Of a stretch of 64,000 bases of DNA, positions 48,718 to 59,011 are shown in pieces. Within the stretch, counting starts at the first letter, position 1. The number at the start of each line of letters is the position of its first letter. The position numbers were made by a program, and so were the translations under genes. This stretch comes from a virus: IMG/VR virus record IMGVR_UViG_3300029953_000001; one strand, 5' to 3'. A model generated the notes under the pieces. The model was given only the letters and a program-made list of their open reading frames with translations, searched no databases and had not been told where the DNA came from.

Positions 48718-49339
48718 ATTTTTCTTTATCCTCTTTGGATAGCTGTCCATGATCGAACTCCCAATGATGATTACGACAAAGACCCATTAGGTTTTTCAGG
48801 TTATTTATCTCACAGATAAGTGTGGCATCCGCAAACCCAGCCACAGGCTTGATGTGACACACGTCGATATGCTTAAAGTATCCGCATATCCAACATTCTT
48901 TCGGTAGAGGGGAGGCGAAAAACACCCTTTTGGCGTGTGCCCAAACAGTAGCGTCCCCATTAGCTTTTCTTTTGATACGTAATTCCCCTAATGTCACCCC
49001 CGACCAATCTTTAGAATTGGAAACCGCTAGTTTTCTACAAGTCTTGCAATACACTCTCTGGCTACTGATTGAGTCACCACATACTCGGCAATGACCAAGT
49101 TTTGGCCGTTTTGGTTTGAACTTGGAGGTAGCTAAAGCATTACATCTAGATGAACAAAATCTTGGATTAGTTGTGGTGTTTCCACAATGTTCACATGGTT
49201 TTGGGCGGAGGTGTTCCACTTGACAGGTCGCACTGCACTGGGCCGTCGTGTAGCCTAAACGTAAATTACGGTTGTGAGTTTTCAGTGGTCTTTCGAATTC
49301 TTTACCACATTTCGAACAAATGAGGGTTACGAGTGTCAT
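48656..49339 (-). CDS. HNH homing endonuclease overlapping tRNA-Ile antisense
   Basis: CWICGY..HIDVCHIK...NLMGLCRNHHWEFD. Confidence 0.88.
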   Translation of the reverse strand: MTLVTLICSKCGKEFERPLKTHNRNLRLGYTTAQCSATCQVEHLRPKPCEHCGNTTTNPRFCSSRCNALATSKFKPKRPKLGHCRVCGDSISSQRVYCKTCRKLAVSNSKDWSGVTLGELRIKRKANGDATVWAHAKRVFFASPLPKECWICGYFKHIDVCHIKPVAGFADATLICEINNLKNLMGLCRNHHWEFDHGQLSKEDKEKLVLPVGFEPTSCSNLELNRL

Positions 49340-49440
49340 GGTGTAGGGCTCCTGTATAAGACCTACGTAGTTCAATAAGTTTTTACCCCGACAATATATA
49401 ACCCTCCCCCACTACCAAAATTTTCTCAGTATTACTCTGC

Positions 49441-49851
49441 ATGAGCGAATACACTTACGACTATACCGACCGAGCTACACTCCTCCACCTCGAACCTACT
49501 CTCAACAACTATCAGAACCTCGCAGTCGAGACCGCCCTGTATAAAGGTCAGGGGGAATTCCAAGGCTTCTGCTACGTCCTCTTCAAGCTGGCCGGTGAAG
49601 CCGGGGAAATCTGCGAGAAGATGGGCAAGCTCCTCCGTGACAATGGCGTGGAGTGGGGCTCAAATCCCAAGGAGTGGCCCGAAGAAATCCGCCTGAACTT
49701 CAAGAAAGAATTCGGCGATGTGTTCTGGTACATCGCAGCCGGAATGAAGGAACTTGGCTACACGCTTCAGGACTGCGGAGAGACGAACGTCGCCAAGCTT
49801 CAGTCCCGGCAGGAGCGTGGCGTTGTCCATGGCTCAGGAGACGACCGCTAA
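49441..49851 (+). CDS. MazG-like nucleotide pyrophosphohydrolase
   Basis: LAGEAGEICEK, KEFGDVFWY, NVAKLQSRQERG..HGSGD. Confidence 0.88.
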   Translation: MSEYTYDYTDRATLLHLEPTLNNYQNLAVETALYKGQGEFQGFCYVLFKLAGEAGEICEKMGKLLRDNGVEWGSNPKEWPEEIRLNFKKEFGDVFWYIAAGMKELGYTLQDCGETNVAKLQSRQERGVVHGSGDDR

Positions 49852-50134
49852 TGAGCGACCACGTTGAAGCTATCCTCCGGGCTCAGGCATGGGAACGTGC
49901 CAAGGGATAAGAAGAGTGGGCATGAGATGTTGTGGCTGCTCCGTGTGGCCGCTGGCGATGACTCGCCGGTAGTGCCTGACTGGATGCGTGGCAGGATTCG
50001 AAACCTTGAACAACTGTGGTTGGACTGGGGTGTACGCAGGGGATACCTAAGGCGTCTCTTTGGAGAAATCGTATGAAGAAGCATGAAATCAAAAAGCTGA
50101 CCAAGCCTGAGAAACCGAAGGCCAAGAAGAAAAA

Positions 50135-50332
50135 GTGATTCTGGCCGTTGACCCTTCCAAGTTCATCGGTCTGTCACTGGATGATGCCCGGAACCAAATC
50201 ATGGGGTACGGATACTCCAGCCGGGTGACCAAAGTCGATGGCCGAGCCCTCATTGTGACTCGTGACTACGACCCTTTACGTCTCAACCTAAGCATTGAAA
50301 ACAACCGAGTTGTCAATGTCACAGTGGGCTGA
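50135..50332 (+). CDS. peptidase inhibitor I78-like small protein
   Basis: FIGL...VTRDYDPLRLNL.IENNRV...VG. Confidence 0.65.
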   Translation: MILAVDPSKFIGLSLDDARNQIMGYGYSSRVTKVDGRALIVTRDYDPLRLNLSIENNRVVNVTVG

Positions 50333-50389
50333 GTGAAAATTTTCTAAATTTATTGTTCAAGATGCACTAGACTCCGGTATACTCTAGCC

Positions 50390-50803
50390 ATGATTGACTA
50401 TGGTGCAGACCGCTACTGTTCGGGATACCTCGTCGGCTTTGGTTCAGCCGCGATGATTATCCTGTATGCCTTCGTCCTTTTCATTCGCTGGAAGCCCCTG
50501 AAGGCACGGGTCTACTTCGAGCGTCTCGTCAACTACTACTCCTCCAGTGCCCCGGCCAGCAAGAACTTCGCAATCAAGCGTCCCTTCCACACGAAGGATG
50601 GCCGCATTCTCCCCAACTACACTCCAGTGGTCTTCCGTGACGTAGCGACCGGAATCATGCACAAGGCCGTCACCAGCGGTTACGAGACCAGCATCAACGG
50701 TGCCTTCTACACCGTGGAGTCGCGTGCTTATGGTTCCTCATGGGTGCGTGACATTGACGTGTGGGAGCCGGAAGAGGTTCCTGCCAAGATGATTGGATAC
50801 TGA
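50390..50803 (+). CDS. membrane-anchored hypothetical protein (leaderless)
   Basis: TGTTCA-N18-TATACT at 50354-50383; N-terminal TM. Confidence 0.7.
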   Translation: MIDYGADRYCSGYLVGFGSAAMIILYAFVLFIRWKPLKARVYFERLVNYYSSSAPASKNFAIKRPFHTKDGRILPNYTPVVFRDVATGIMHKAVTSGYETSINGAFYTVESRAYGSSWVRDIDVWEPEEVPAKMIGY

Positions 50804-51579
50804 CATGAGCGCACGACGCTGGGTCGAACTGAAATGCGATGGAGACTGCGGTGAGGTTTCACCGGGCGGACTACGGTTCGCTGACGAAGTATCCATCCCT
50901 GCTCTCAGGGTCGAGGCCAAGGAACGCGGGTGGGCTGTCGTTATAAAAGACGGCATTCTACTCGACCTGTGCCCCGACTGCAAGGATATTGGATGACCCT
51001 CGATGACATTTATGGGTTGATTGTAGTCTTGTCGTTTCTTTCGGCATTCAGCTTGCCGTGGCAGTTTGTTACATGGGCCGACACTGATAAAAAACGGTGG
51101 ATTGCTACATGTATCGGAATTGTCGGTTTGCTGATTTTGTGGTTTATCCCGAAGGAGCCTCAGGGCTGGATTGGAAAGGGATATGAAAGAGTTCAACGTA
51201 TACGAATCGCTTATCAACTCGGACTCAAACGAAGGTAAGGGTCACTCCGTTCACGTAGCCTACTTCGTCCGTGAGGCCGATGCTGCCCTGTCAGTGAAGG
51301 GTAAGGATGCTTGGGGTAGCGACGGTTCCGAGGGGGTGGCTCAAGCTACACGTCGGCAAGCCGCTCTCGACAAGCTGTCCGACGATGACAAGAAAGCATT
51401 AGGTCTGCGGATATGATGCCCAAGGGACTACAACCGTGGCAACGCAAGGCCATTCGCAACTCGTGGCAGCACTCAAAGTGGGCCGTGAAGTATGCGGAAC
51501 TTGGTCTCGCTGATGATGCTGCACGTGCCGCTATCCAAGCAGTGAAGTTCTACCATCACGTATTTCCGGGAGCCCAGTA

Positions 51580-52317
51580 ATGGCGAAGGCGAAATCAGTA
51601 TCGAGTTGGGGTGACATCGACCCGAAGGTGTTCAAGGCTTTCGAGAAGAAGGTCTTTGCCCTGCGTGAGCAGATGATTCCTCGCGATTGCGACGGTGACA
51701 GTCCCATCGAAATCATCATCGTTGACAAGCGGACGCATTCTATTTCTGCACGGCCTGTGCCTCGCAACGAAGTCTACAGCTACGACAAGAGGGGCTTCCT
51801 GAAGTTCCGCCCGGATAAGCAGCGGGAGTTGGACAACGAGACGGAGCGTTGGATGGGCTACAATGTCTCGGTCGCGACGAAGGAAATTGAACACTACTTC
51901 GACATGCGTAACCATGAATTCTGGAGGGACAAGGAAGCACGGGAGAAAGCCGCTGTCGAGGCCAAGAAACCTCTGAAGCAGCGTATCAATGAGGCGTGCG
52001 AGTATTGTGCCAAGGGAACCCCCTTCCAACTCGTTCGCCGGGATGGACGGACGGACGTTCCGCCTTACATGCACGACTTGGGAGAGCCATCTAACAGCAA
52101 CGGTGGAGGCTACTGCAAGGCGTACAAGTTCCACAAGATGGTTGCTGGCATCCCTGATAAGCCTGTGCCTGAGGAAGAGTGGTGCAAGACCTGCCTCGCT
52201 GAAATGGGAGAGCGTCTGGTCAAGCGTGGCGTGAAGGGCGTGAGCAAGAACCAGTACGAAACGGTGTGCATCAACCCTCAATGTTCGAAGTCGAAGAAGG
52301 TGAAGGCGGCGAAATGA
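51580..52317 (+). CDS. hypothetical Zn-binding protein
   Basis: CEYC, CKTC, CINPQC. Confidence 0.75.
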   Translation: MAKAKSVSSWGDIDPKVFKAFEKKVFALREQMIPRDCDGDSPIEIIIVDKRTHSISARPVPRNEVYSYDKRGFLKFRPDKQRELDNETERWMGYNVSVATKEIEHYFDMRNHEFWRDKEAREKAAVEAKKPLKQRINEACEYCAKGTPFQLVRRDGRTDVPPYMHDLGEPSNSNGGGYCKAYKFHKMVAGIPDKPVPEEEWCKTCLAEMGERLVKRGVKGVSKNQYETVCINPQCSKSKKVKAAK

Positions 52318-52462
52318 AGATTCTCATGTACGGCAACCGGAAGACCGGCCCCAACGTTCTCTGCTACGACATCACCACGCCTGAGCAGGAAGAGACCGGG
52401 TACCGTCTCCTGTTCGAGTTCCTGCACAACGAGTGACCCAACCGAGAAGAAGAGGAAGAAGA

Positions 52463-52723
52463 ATGCTGCGTAATGTTGGCGACAAGGTAGTCTTGCGCTA
52501 CGAACGAGGATACGGTAGTCTGAACTATCTCACGCTGGTCTCGCATGGTATGGTTCATGGTGATGAGCCAGTGGAGATTATGAAGGCATCGGATGGGACA
52601 TTGAACCCCAACGGGTCTCTCCCCTATGACTATCAGGTGAAGCTGCCGGATGGCTACCTGCTGGACATTGACGAGAAGGACATCAACCGAATTTTAACTG
52701 AGGACGTACAGCATGATGGATGA
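52463..52723 (+). CDS. hypothetical protein
   Basis: GAGGA RBS. Confidence 0.55.
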   Translation: MLRNVGDKVVLRYERGYGSLNYLTLVSHGMVHGDEPVEIMKASDGTLNPNGSLPYDYQVKLPDGYLLDIDEKDINRILTEDVQHDG

Positions 52724-52916
52724 TAACGAGTTGCAGAACGAGCAGGAGAAGCGGGAGCATGAACTGGAGTTGGCGAAGCTGAACAGACCCCCGATTAGTG
52801 GGTGGGTTAAGTTTTGGGAGGTAGTTGGTGACAACGCTTTCCTCGTGTTCATGATTGTGCTGGTCATTGTCGGTGCGATTGTGACCGTGAAAACCGGCCA
52901 GAAGTTCCCTTGGTGA
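52713..52916 (+). CDS. small membrane protein
   Basis: C-terminal TM. Confidence 0.6.
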   Translation: MMDDNELQNEQEKREHELELAKLNRPPISGWVKFWEVVGDNAFLVFMIVLVIVGAIVTVKTGQKFPW

Positions 52917-53130
52917 TTATGACTCCACTAGAACAAGCCGTGGCCCTGCTGGAAGAGATTCGTCTCGGTCAGCGAGTGAACAAGAACCACCCGGTCGTCT
53001 GCACCCACCCATCGGAAGTTCCCGACCCTGAGAACCGTTTCCGCTGTGATTGGTGCAAGCGTGTGGATGAGTTCATCGCCAGCTTGGAGCCACCCATGCG
53101 GATGCAAGAGAATCATTCCAGAGGAGAGCT

Positions 53131-53433
53131 ATGTTAAGGCATAAGAGTGTTGTGTACGTCAGCAAGGCTTCACAAGTCCCCAAGGTGGAGCACTGGGTCA
53201 TCCTTCGTAGTTCGGGTGTCAGTGTCCCCGCTGAAGGTGAGTGGGCTCCGGGTCATGGCTATCCGGCTCACACCGAGGACTTCGTTTCGTACGAAGCATA
53301 CACCGACAAGGCCGAGTTCGATGAGGCGGTTGAGCACGAGGTTCGTGACCAGTCGTTCTACAGCAAGGAATTCCGCGTCGTGCATGTCACGCCGCTCACT
53401 GTCAACACCAAAGTCACTGTATCTGTGGGGTAG
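53131..53433 (+). CDS. hypothetical protein
   Basis: AGGAG RBS; APGHGYPAH. Confidence 0.7.
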   Translation: MLRHKSVVYVSKASQVPKVEHWVILRSSGVSVPAEGEWAPGHGYPAHTEDFVSYEAYTDKAEFDEAVEHEVRDQSFYSKEFRVVHVTPLTVNTKVTVSVG

Positions 53434-53435
53434 CG

Positions 53436-54089
53436 ATGGATAAGTCTTACATTCTCTGTCTGGACACCGACCACTACGCCGGAAACTTCGAGCGTGACGT
53501 GACCGCGTACGCCACGGGAGTGGTGGGGGAGTGTGAGGTTGGTCAGGAAGAGGCAACCAAGTTCTTCGCGGAGACCGATGGTGTTTCTGACAGTATCCTT
53601 GATGAAATTGATAACAAAGTTACGCAGACGGAGGACGAACACGGATGCTTCCGCCCGTGCTCCATTCAGTACACGCCGGGTTGGGTGAACAACGGCATGG
53701 GTCGGGCGTATCGGCAGTCGATGGATGTTCCTCCCACTCCTGAGCAGATTGAAGAGTACCGCCAGTGCCAGCGTGACTATCAGCTACCACATCTGGAGAA
53801 GGCTCGTGAGTACACCGCCAAAGGTCTTTATAGCTGGACACCTGAGGGCCTTGAGCGTGAGGAACAGAAGTACCGCGACATCGCCACGAACACGCCTAGC
53901 TGGTTTGGAGCTTGCTACTCTGTCGGTATCCACCTGAGTGAGCCCTTCAGTGAAGAGACCCTGAAGTTCGTACTCACTCGTGCCAAGAATTATCTCACCA
54001 GCAGGGGCATCGCACTTGAAGGCGTGCGTCTGTTGACCGAGACCACCACAACTGAAGAGACATCACTGGAGATTCCCCATGGGGCGTGA
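53436..54089 (+). CDS. hypothetical protein
   Basis: DTDHYAGNFER; codon bias. Confidence 0.78.
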   Translation: MDKSYILCLDTDHYAGNFERDVTAYATGVVGECEVGQEEATKFFAETDGVSDSILDEIDNKVTQTEDEHGCFRPCSIQYTPGWVNNGMGRAYRQSMDVPPTPEQIEEYRQCQRDYQLPHLEKAREYTAKGLYSWTPEGLEREEQKYRDIATNTPSWFGACYSVGIHLSEPFSEETLKFVLTRAKNYLTSRGIALEGVRLLTETTTTEETSLEIPHGA

Positions 54090-55110
54090 ACTGAAGCGAG
54101 TAGCGATGGACTTTGACTGGCCGATGAACAAGACGTACGAGGGGTTCCTGAATCCCTTCTACCAGTTCTGCAAGAATTGTCCTTTCTGTGAGGGCTCCGG
54201 CGAGTCCGCTGCATCCAAGAGGTTCTCCGACCAATGGTATGGGAAGGATGAGAAGAACCCCTTCCGCCCGGAAGACAACGGTTCGACTCCGCTCACCATC
54301 GACCACCCGGCTGTGCGTGCATTCGCCGTCAAGAACGAGATTCAGGGAGACTTCATCGGAGACCATGGTTTCGACCAAGGCATCAACCTGTACTGGGAGA
54401 TGTACAAGCGGGGTGAGACGGAAGCATATCTTGCAGACCATCCCTATTTGGAGCTAGGTATACAGCGGGAGGCCCGTCGTCTCAGCAACATGTGGAACGA
54501 GCAGTGGAGCCACCACCTGAATCAGGCTGACGTGGATGCTCTCATCAAGGGAGACCGTCTGTCGGACTTCACTCGCCGTCCTCTCAATGAAGAGCAGAAG
54601 GCTGAGTACGAGGCCATCGAAGCTTGGAACAATACCGAGCGGGAAAAGATGCAGCAGGACGGTAAGTACAAGGCCCAGTGGAAACACTTCAACAACGGTC
54701 ACAAGCCCACCGCACAGGAAGTGAATGACTGGTCTATCGGAAGCTTCGGGCACGACGGCATCAACATGTGGGTGTGCGTCAAGGCGAAGGTGAAGCGGCT
54801 CAAGCTGGGCACCACCAAGTGTGCTCATTGCAAGGGGCATGGTTCTGTATGGCTCACCCCGGAGCACAAGAAGAAGGCCGACCGCTGGAAGGAACAGGAA
54901 CCTCCGACTGGCCCCGGCTTCCAGCTTTGGAGCAACACGGGAGAAGGATGCCCGGTTAGCCCAGTGTTCGAGACTCTCGACGCTCTGTGCGAGTGGTGTG
55001 CGGACAATGCAACTACGTTCGCCAACTTCAAGGCCACCAAGGAGAAGTGGATGTCGATGCTTGACGCCGACTTCGTTTGCCACCAAGAAGGGAACAACAT
55101 CTTCCTGTGA
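54079..55110 (+). CDS. conserved phage protein with CxxCxGxG motifs
   Basis: CPFCEGSG, CAHCKGHG, GFQLW...EGCPVSPVF. Confidence 0.8.
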   Translation: MGRELKRVAMDFDWPMNKTYEGFLNPFYQFCKNCPFCEGSGESAASKRFSDQWYGKDEKNPFRPEDNGSTPLTIDHPAVRAFAVKNEIQGDFIGDHGFDQGINLYWEMYKRGETEAYLADHPYLELGIQREARRLSNMWNEQWSHHLNQADVDALIKGDRLSDFTRRPLNEEQKAEYEAIEAWNNTEREKMQQDGKYKAQWKHFNNGHKPTAQEVNDWSIGSFGHDGINMWVCVKAKVKRLKLGTTKCAHCKGHGSVWLTPEHKKKADRWKEQEPPTGPGFQLWSNTGEGCPVSPVFETLDALCEWCADNATTFANFKATKEKWMSMLDADFVCHQEGNNIFL

Positions 55111-55112
55111 AC

Positions 55113-55424
55113 ATGGACTTGAGTATGTTGGAAGTACCTGCGAGTTCTACTCCCACTTCGAGCCTTGACCCCATCACGGTGTTCTGGCAGAACTATAAGC
55201 AGGGGCAAGGTAAGGTCACCATTGTTGCGGGAGATGCAGCGTGGTCATACTCGTTTTGGGCGATGCCGGAAGACACCATTCAGACGTTCTTCGCCAAGGC
55301 GGGGATAGACTACCTTGTCAACAAGTTGGGTAACTCCATCTACATGAAGAAGAACAGCCGCCCGTACTTATGGAGAGTTGTCGAAGCTATCAAAAATGAG
55401 ATGACTGTAAGACGGATATCGTGA
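55113..55424 (+). CDS. hypothetical protein
   Basis: LDPITVF....GQGKVTI...AW. Confidence 0.65.
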   Translation: MDLSMLEVPASSTPTSSLDPITVFWQNYKQGQGKVTIVAGDAAWSYSFWAMPEDTIQTFFAKAGIDYLVNKLGNSIYMKKNSRPYLWRVVEAIKNEMTVRRIS

Positions 55425-55440
55425 TACACTAGGTGAACTT

Positions 55441-55638
55441 ATGAGAACTGACGCTGACCGTTTTGAATGGCTGGAGACTCGTGAAGCTCACTTGATTACA
55501 CACCGGGAGCGTACTTCCGATGGGTACACAATCTGGTGGAACGTAGTAAAGCGGAGGAAGTCTATCTCGGGTCACCCGCTGGGGTCACCACAAGCTGCCA
55601 TCGACGCGGCAATGGATAGAAAGGTTCGACATGTTTAA
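55441..55638 (+). CDS. hypothetical protein
   Basis: AGGTG RBS; DADRFEWLE...AIDAAM. Confidence 0.6.
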   Translation: MRTDADRFEWLETREAHLITHRERTSDGYTIWWNVVKRRKSISGHPLGSPQAAIDAAMDRKVRHV

Positions 55639-56617
55639 CGGTGAGCTAGTCGGTCATGTACTGAACAGCGAAAAGCTGAGGCTGAACCGCATCATCATGG
55701 CGTTCGCGTCAGGCTCGTACCAGCATGGGGCACGTATCGAGGGTAAGTCTGACCTTGACGTGGCCGGTGTCTTCATCGGAACCCCAGCACAGGAACTCAC
55801 CATCGGCAACGAAGACCCAAAGAAGGACGGGCACGTTACCATCACCACGTCTCCTGACAGCCAGAAGAACAAGGTAGGCGATGTTGACCTGAAGGTGTAC
55901 AGCCTTCGGCGTTGGGCAGGTCTCGCCCTCAAGGGCAACCCAACCATCCTCAGCTACCTCTTCGTGCCTGACGCCATCAAGGACAGCTTCGTGACCCATC
56001 CCAGTGTATGGGACAAGTACATCCTGCCCAACAAGCATCTGTTCCTCGCGTCCGGTCATGCGTCGGCCTTCCTTGGTCTGGCGAAGTCCCAGTACGAACG
56101 CATCAACGGCCTGTCGGGTTCGGGCAAGCACGGGCAGCGTGACGAACTCATCAACGAGCACGGCTATGACTCCAAGGCCGGGATGCACCTTGTCCGCTCT
56201 CTGGACGAGTGCCTTGAGTTCCTGAAGACTGGGAGCATGACCTTCCCGCGTCCGAACGTGGATGTGCTGCTTGACATCCGTGCGGGAAACTGGTCTCTGG
56301 ACAAACTGAACGAAGCTTACTTCCAACTACGTGCAGATGTCGTAGCGGCTGAGGAAGCTTCACCGCTGCAACCTGAGTGCGACCGCAAGGCTGTAACCAA
56401 GCTGGTCGCTGACGCCATGATGGAACACTGGGACACCGACAATAAGAAGTGGATGAAGGAGTCACAGCGTTGCACTCCTCTCTCCATCTACCGTGCGGCC
56501 CTGAAGAGTGCCAACGAAGACGTGAAGTATCACACTGAGAAGTTGGCTCAGTCCGCGAAGCAGCTTGCTCAGCAGAACCAGTTCCTGAAGGATTTGCGGG
56601 AGTCATTGGCAAAATGA
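55631..56617 (+). CDS. Pol-beta superfamily nucleotidyltransferase (RlaP/PF10127-like)
   Basis: SGSYQHG...SDLDVAGVF, GNPT, GYDSKAGMHLVR. Confidence 0.85.
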   Translation: MFNGELVGHVLNSEKLRLNRIIMAFASGSYQHGARIEGKSDLDVAGVFIGTPAQELTIGNEDPKKDGHVTITTSPDSQKNKVGDVDLKVYSLRRWAGLALKGNPTILSYLFVPDAIKDSFVTHPSVWDKYILPNKHLFLASGHASAFLGLAKSQYERINGLSGSGKHGQRDELINEHGYDSKAGMHLVRSLDECLEFLKTGSMTFPRPNVDVLLDIRAGNWSLDKLNEAYFQLRADVVAAEEASPLQPECDRKAVTKLVADAMMEHWDTDNKKWMKESQRCTPLSIYRAALKSANEDVKYHTEKLAQSAKQLAQQNQFLKDLRESLAK

Positions 56618-56844
56618 GCCTCCACTTGGTAACGCAGAACGGTCAGCCCTTCGGCTCAGTCCGCCGCTGCTGTGAGATGTGTGGTCTGGCCGTCTGCTCG
56701 ATAGTAGACAAGGTAGGTGAGGCTCTCACTGAAAACGAGAAGCAGTACAACGACAGCCCCCTGAATTGCTGGAAGGAGCTACCCCCGACGCACCCGGCAC
56801 TGCCGGTGGCTGGTACTACTCCATCACCATTTTCTGGTAACTGA
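56614..56844 (+). CDS. small Cys protein
   Basis: ATGA overlap. Confidence 0.55.
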   Translation: MSLHLVTQNGQPFGSVRRCCEMCGLAVCSIVDKVGEALTENEKQYNDSPLNCWKELPPTHPALPVAGTTPSPFSGN

Positions 56845-56856
56845 AAGGAATTCATC

Positions 56857-57579
56857 ATGGAAGCATTCTTCATCGCACTTCTCGCCGCCGTAGCCTTCGG
56901 CTCCACATGGGGATGGATTATCCTCGCAGCCGCCGTCATCATCACCATTGCCTATGTTGAACATGACTCAGGCTTCGCCGCCTTCTTCACCCTCCTCATC
57001 GGCTTCACCTTGCTCTTCTCGCTTCACCTGAAGTCAGCAGCCATGTACGTTCTCAACCATCCGTGGAACGTGGTGATTGGGGTCGCACTCTACTTCGTCG
57101 CCGGTACGGTATGGGGCGTGGTCAAGTGGTTCCTGCACGTGACCAAGAAGCTGGAAGAGTACAAGGAGAAGAAGGCCCGGTTCCTGCGGAGCAACCGGTT
57201 CCTGCGGAGCAAAAACGCGACCGAAATAACTCCTGCGTTGGTCTCCAGCTTCAAGCAATTCTTGGGCACCAATTACATTGAGGGGGAAGCCCCTCAGGTG
57301 CATGACCACAAGAGCGACATTCTGATGTGGATGACCTACTGGCCGTTCTCCAGCGTGTGGACTCTCCTCAATGACCCGGTGCGCCGTGCCTTCCGCGCCA
57401 TCTACCGCAGCCTGTCCACGTCGCTTCAGTCGATGTCCGACCGCCTGTTCAAGACGGCTGTGGCTGAGATGAACCAGCCGCTCCCGCCTGAGCCGCCGAA
57501 GGATGTTCCGGTTGGAATTGATGACAAGGGTTACGTGGTCAACCGTGGCGGTGTCACGAGTGTCAAGGGCCGCTACTAA
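56857..57579 (+). CDS. multi-TM membrane protein
   Basis: AAGGA RBS; 3-4 TM; WMTYWPFS. Confidence 0.8.
   Translation: MEAFFIALLAAVAFGSTWGWIILAAAVIITIAYVEHDSGFAAFFTLLIGFTLLFSLHLKSAAMYVLNHPWNVVIGVALYFVAGTVWGVVKWFLHVTKKLEEYKEKKARFLRSNRFLRSKNATEITPALVSSFKQFLGTNYIEGEAPQVHDHKSDILMWMTYWPFSSVWTLLNDPVRRAFRAIYRSLSTSLQSMSDRLFKTAVAEMNQPLPPEPPKDVPVGIDDKGYVVNRGGVTSVKGRY
57177..57212 (+). repeat. perfect 18-nt tandem duplication
   Basis: ccggttcctgcggagcaa x2, in frame. Confidence 0.9.
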
Positions 57580-58289
57580 TGGCTCCGAAGATGAAGGCGT
57601 CGAAATACGCTGTGAAGGGGTTCGGCATCACGGAGGAATACTCCGACGAACTCATCAAGAAGCATGGGCTGCTCAGCAACGGCAAGTTGGACATTGGCGT
57701 TGCTGGGCTGGCTCAGCTTCTTCAACGTAAGGCTGACAAGGAAGCGGAGAAGAAGTAATGTCACCTTGGGACTACATCGTCGCTCGATGGAACCTTGACT
57801 GGTACGCCTTCACTCACTTTGGTGGGTGGATTATCGTCCCCCTAGCTATCGCCTTTGGTATTTTCCTCTACAAGAACAGGTAACTACTATGAGTCTACTG
57901 CAAACGGAAGACCGCAACCAGATGAGCAAGGAAACCCTGAAGACTCTCGTGGGTGAGACCATCACCAGTGTGGATTTTCACGGAAGCCATGGGCCGGAGT
58001 ACGTTCTCCGCCTGTCTTCCGGTAGGGCGTTGTACATTACTCACAACGACTATACCAGAGACCTACACTTCAACTTCCTCGAAGGTACACTATGAAGCAA
58101 TGCGACCACGAGACCTGCCACTACTGCGACCGCATTGTACTACCGAATGTGCAGGAGTCAAGGGTGTTTATCACCAAAACTTGTCCCTACTGTGGCCGGG
58201 TTATCAGCGACGTGGCGAAAGACCCGGAAGACCGCTGGCCCCAGCGGCGAGGAACAGACGAAAGATTTTTCAAATAAATCAAAAATAGT

Positions 58290-58319
58290 TGTTTCAATTT
58301 CCGAACTATCAGGTATTAT
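58290..58319 (+). promoter_or_regulatory. class A promoter of tRNA array 2
   Basis: AAAATAGT-TGTTTC-N18-TATTAT, very similar to the 46098 promoter. Confidence 0.75.
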
Positions 58320-58357
58320 GTAAGAGAAGCAGAAAACAGCAGCACAAGGAAACTACC

Positions 58358-58459
58358 ATGACGTTAAAACAGACCAATTCGAAGCGGGGCATGTGGCAGC
58401 AGCATAATCGCCGCAGCACGGGTCTGTGTCTATCTCATGGTCGGGTGAAAATCACCTAA
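58358..58459 (+). CDS. attenuator leader peptide MTLKQTNSKRGMWQQHNRRSTGLCLSHGRVKIT
   Basis: AAGGA RBS; 13 of codons 4-19 are K/Q/N/R/M/W/H, the amino acids of the downstream tRNAs. Confidence 0.78.
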   Translation: MTLKQTNSKRGMWQQHNRRSTGLCLSHGRVKIT

Positions 58460-58484
58460 GCACCAACCGAGATTAGAATTACAG

Positions 58485-58511
58485 ACCCTAGCCAAAGCGG
58501 CTAGGGTTTTT
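58485..58511 (+). terminator. attenuator terminator 2
   Basis: ACCCTAGCC-AAAGC-GGCTAGGGT-TTTT; GGGTCTGT (58420-27) can alternatively pair with ACAGACCC (58481-88). Confidence 0.85.
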
Positions 58512-58536
58512 CGTTGTAGGGCTCAGGCTCAAAAGC

Positions 58537-58548
58537 GATCTTTGACAA
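58537..58548 (+). promoter_or_regulatory. boxA-like antitermination element
   Basis: GATCTTTGACAA resembles rrn boxA (GCTCTTTAACAA). Confidence 0.55.
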
Positions 58549-58569
58549 TTGATTTGAAACAACTAATTG

Positions 58570-58645
58570 GGGGGAGTAGGCTCAACTGGCAAACCGATGG
58601 TCTCCAAAACCATTTTTCCGGGTTCAAATCCCGGCTCCCCCGCCA
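58570..58645 (+). tRNA. tRNA-Trp(CCA)
   Basis: Cloverleaf, G73, CCA. Confidence 0.92.
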
Positions 58646-58669
58646 AAAGGCAAAGTTTTGAAAAGATGT

Positions 58670-58744
58670 GGGGCGATTAGTTCAGTGGCAGAACGCCGAT
58701 CTGTGGCATCGGTTACTCGGGTTCGATTCCCGGATTGCCCCCCA
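58670..58744 (+). tRNA. tRNA-His(GTG)
   Basis: G-1/C73, cloverleaf, CCA. Confidence 0.95.
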
Positions 58745-58751
58745 AAAGTTT

Positions 58752-59006
58752 TGGCATGGGCGTAGCGGTACCCGCAAGGGATAAAAGACCGGTACCGGGA
58801 AACTGGTACAGGGAATCAACCGCCAGAACCTATGCTAGAAGCATCAGTAAGGCAAAGGCGTAGCCGGAAGTATTAGGGCGGCTGTGACACTGGTAGCGGA
58901 CGACGTTCGGGAAGTGAAGACCCCCACCTTACTTTTGAGTTAGACGGAAGACGCGGGTAACCAACCCTGCCTCACGGAATGGTGAGGAGCTTCGCAAAGC
59001 ACCGTC
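58752..59006 (+). ncRNA. three consecutive closed multibranch RNA modules
   Basis: Closing stems 58752/58837, 58846/58933, 58943/59006; GNRA loops. Confidence 0.5.
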
Positions 59007-59011
59007 GTTTT

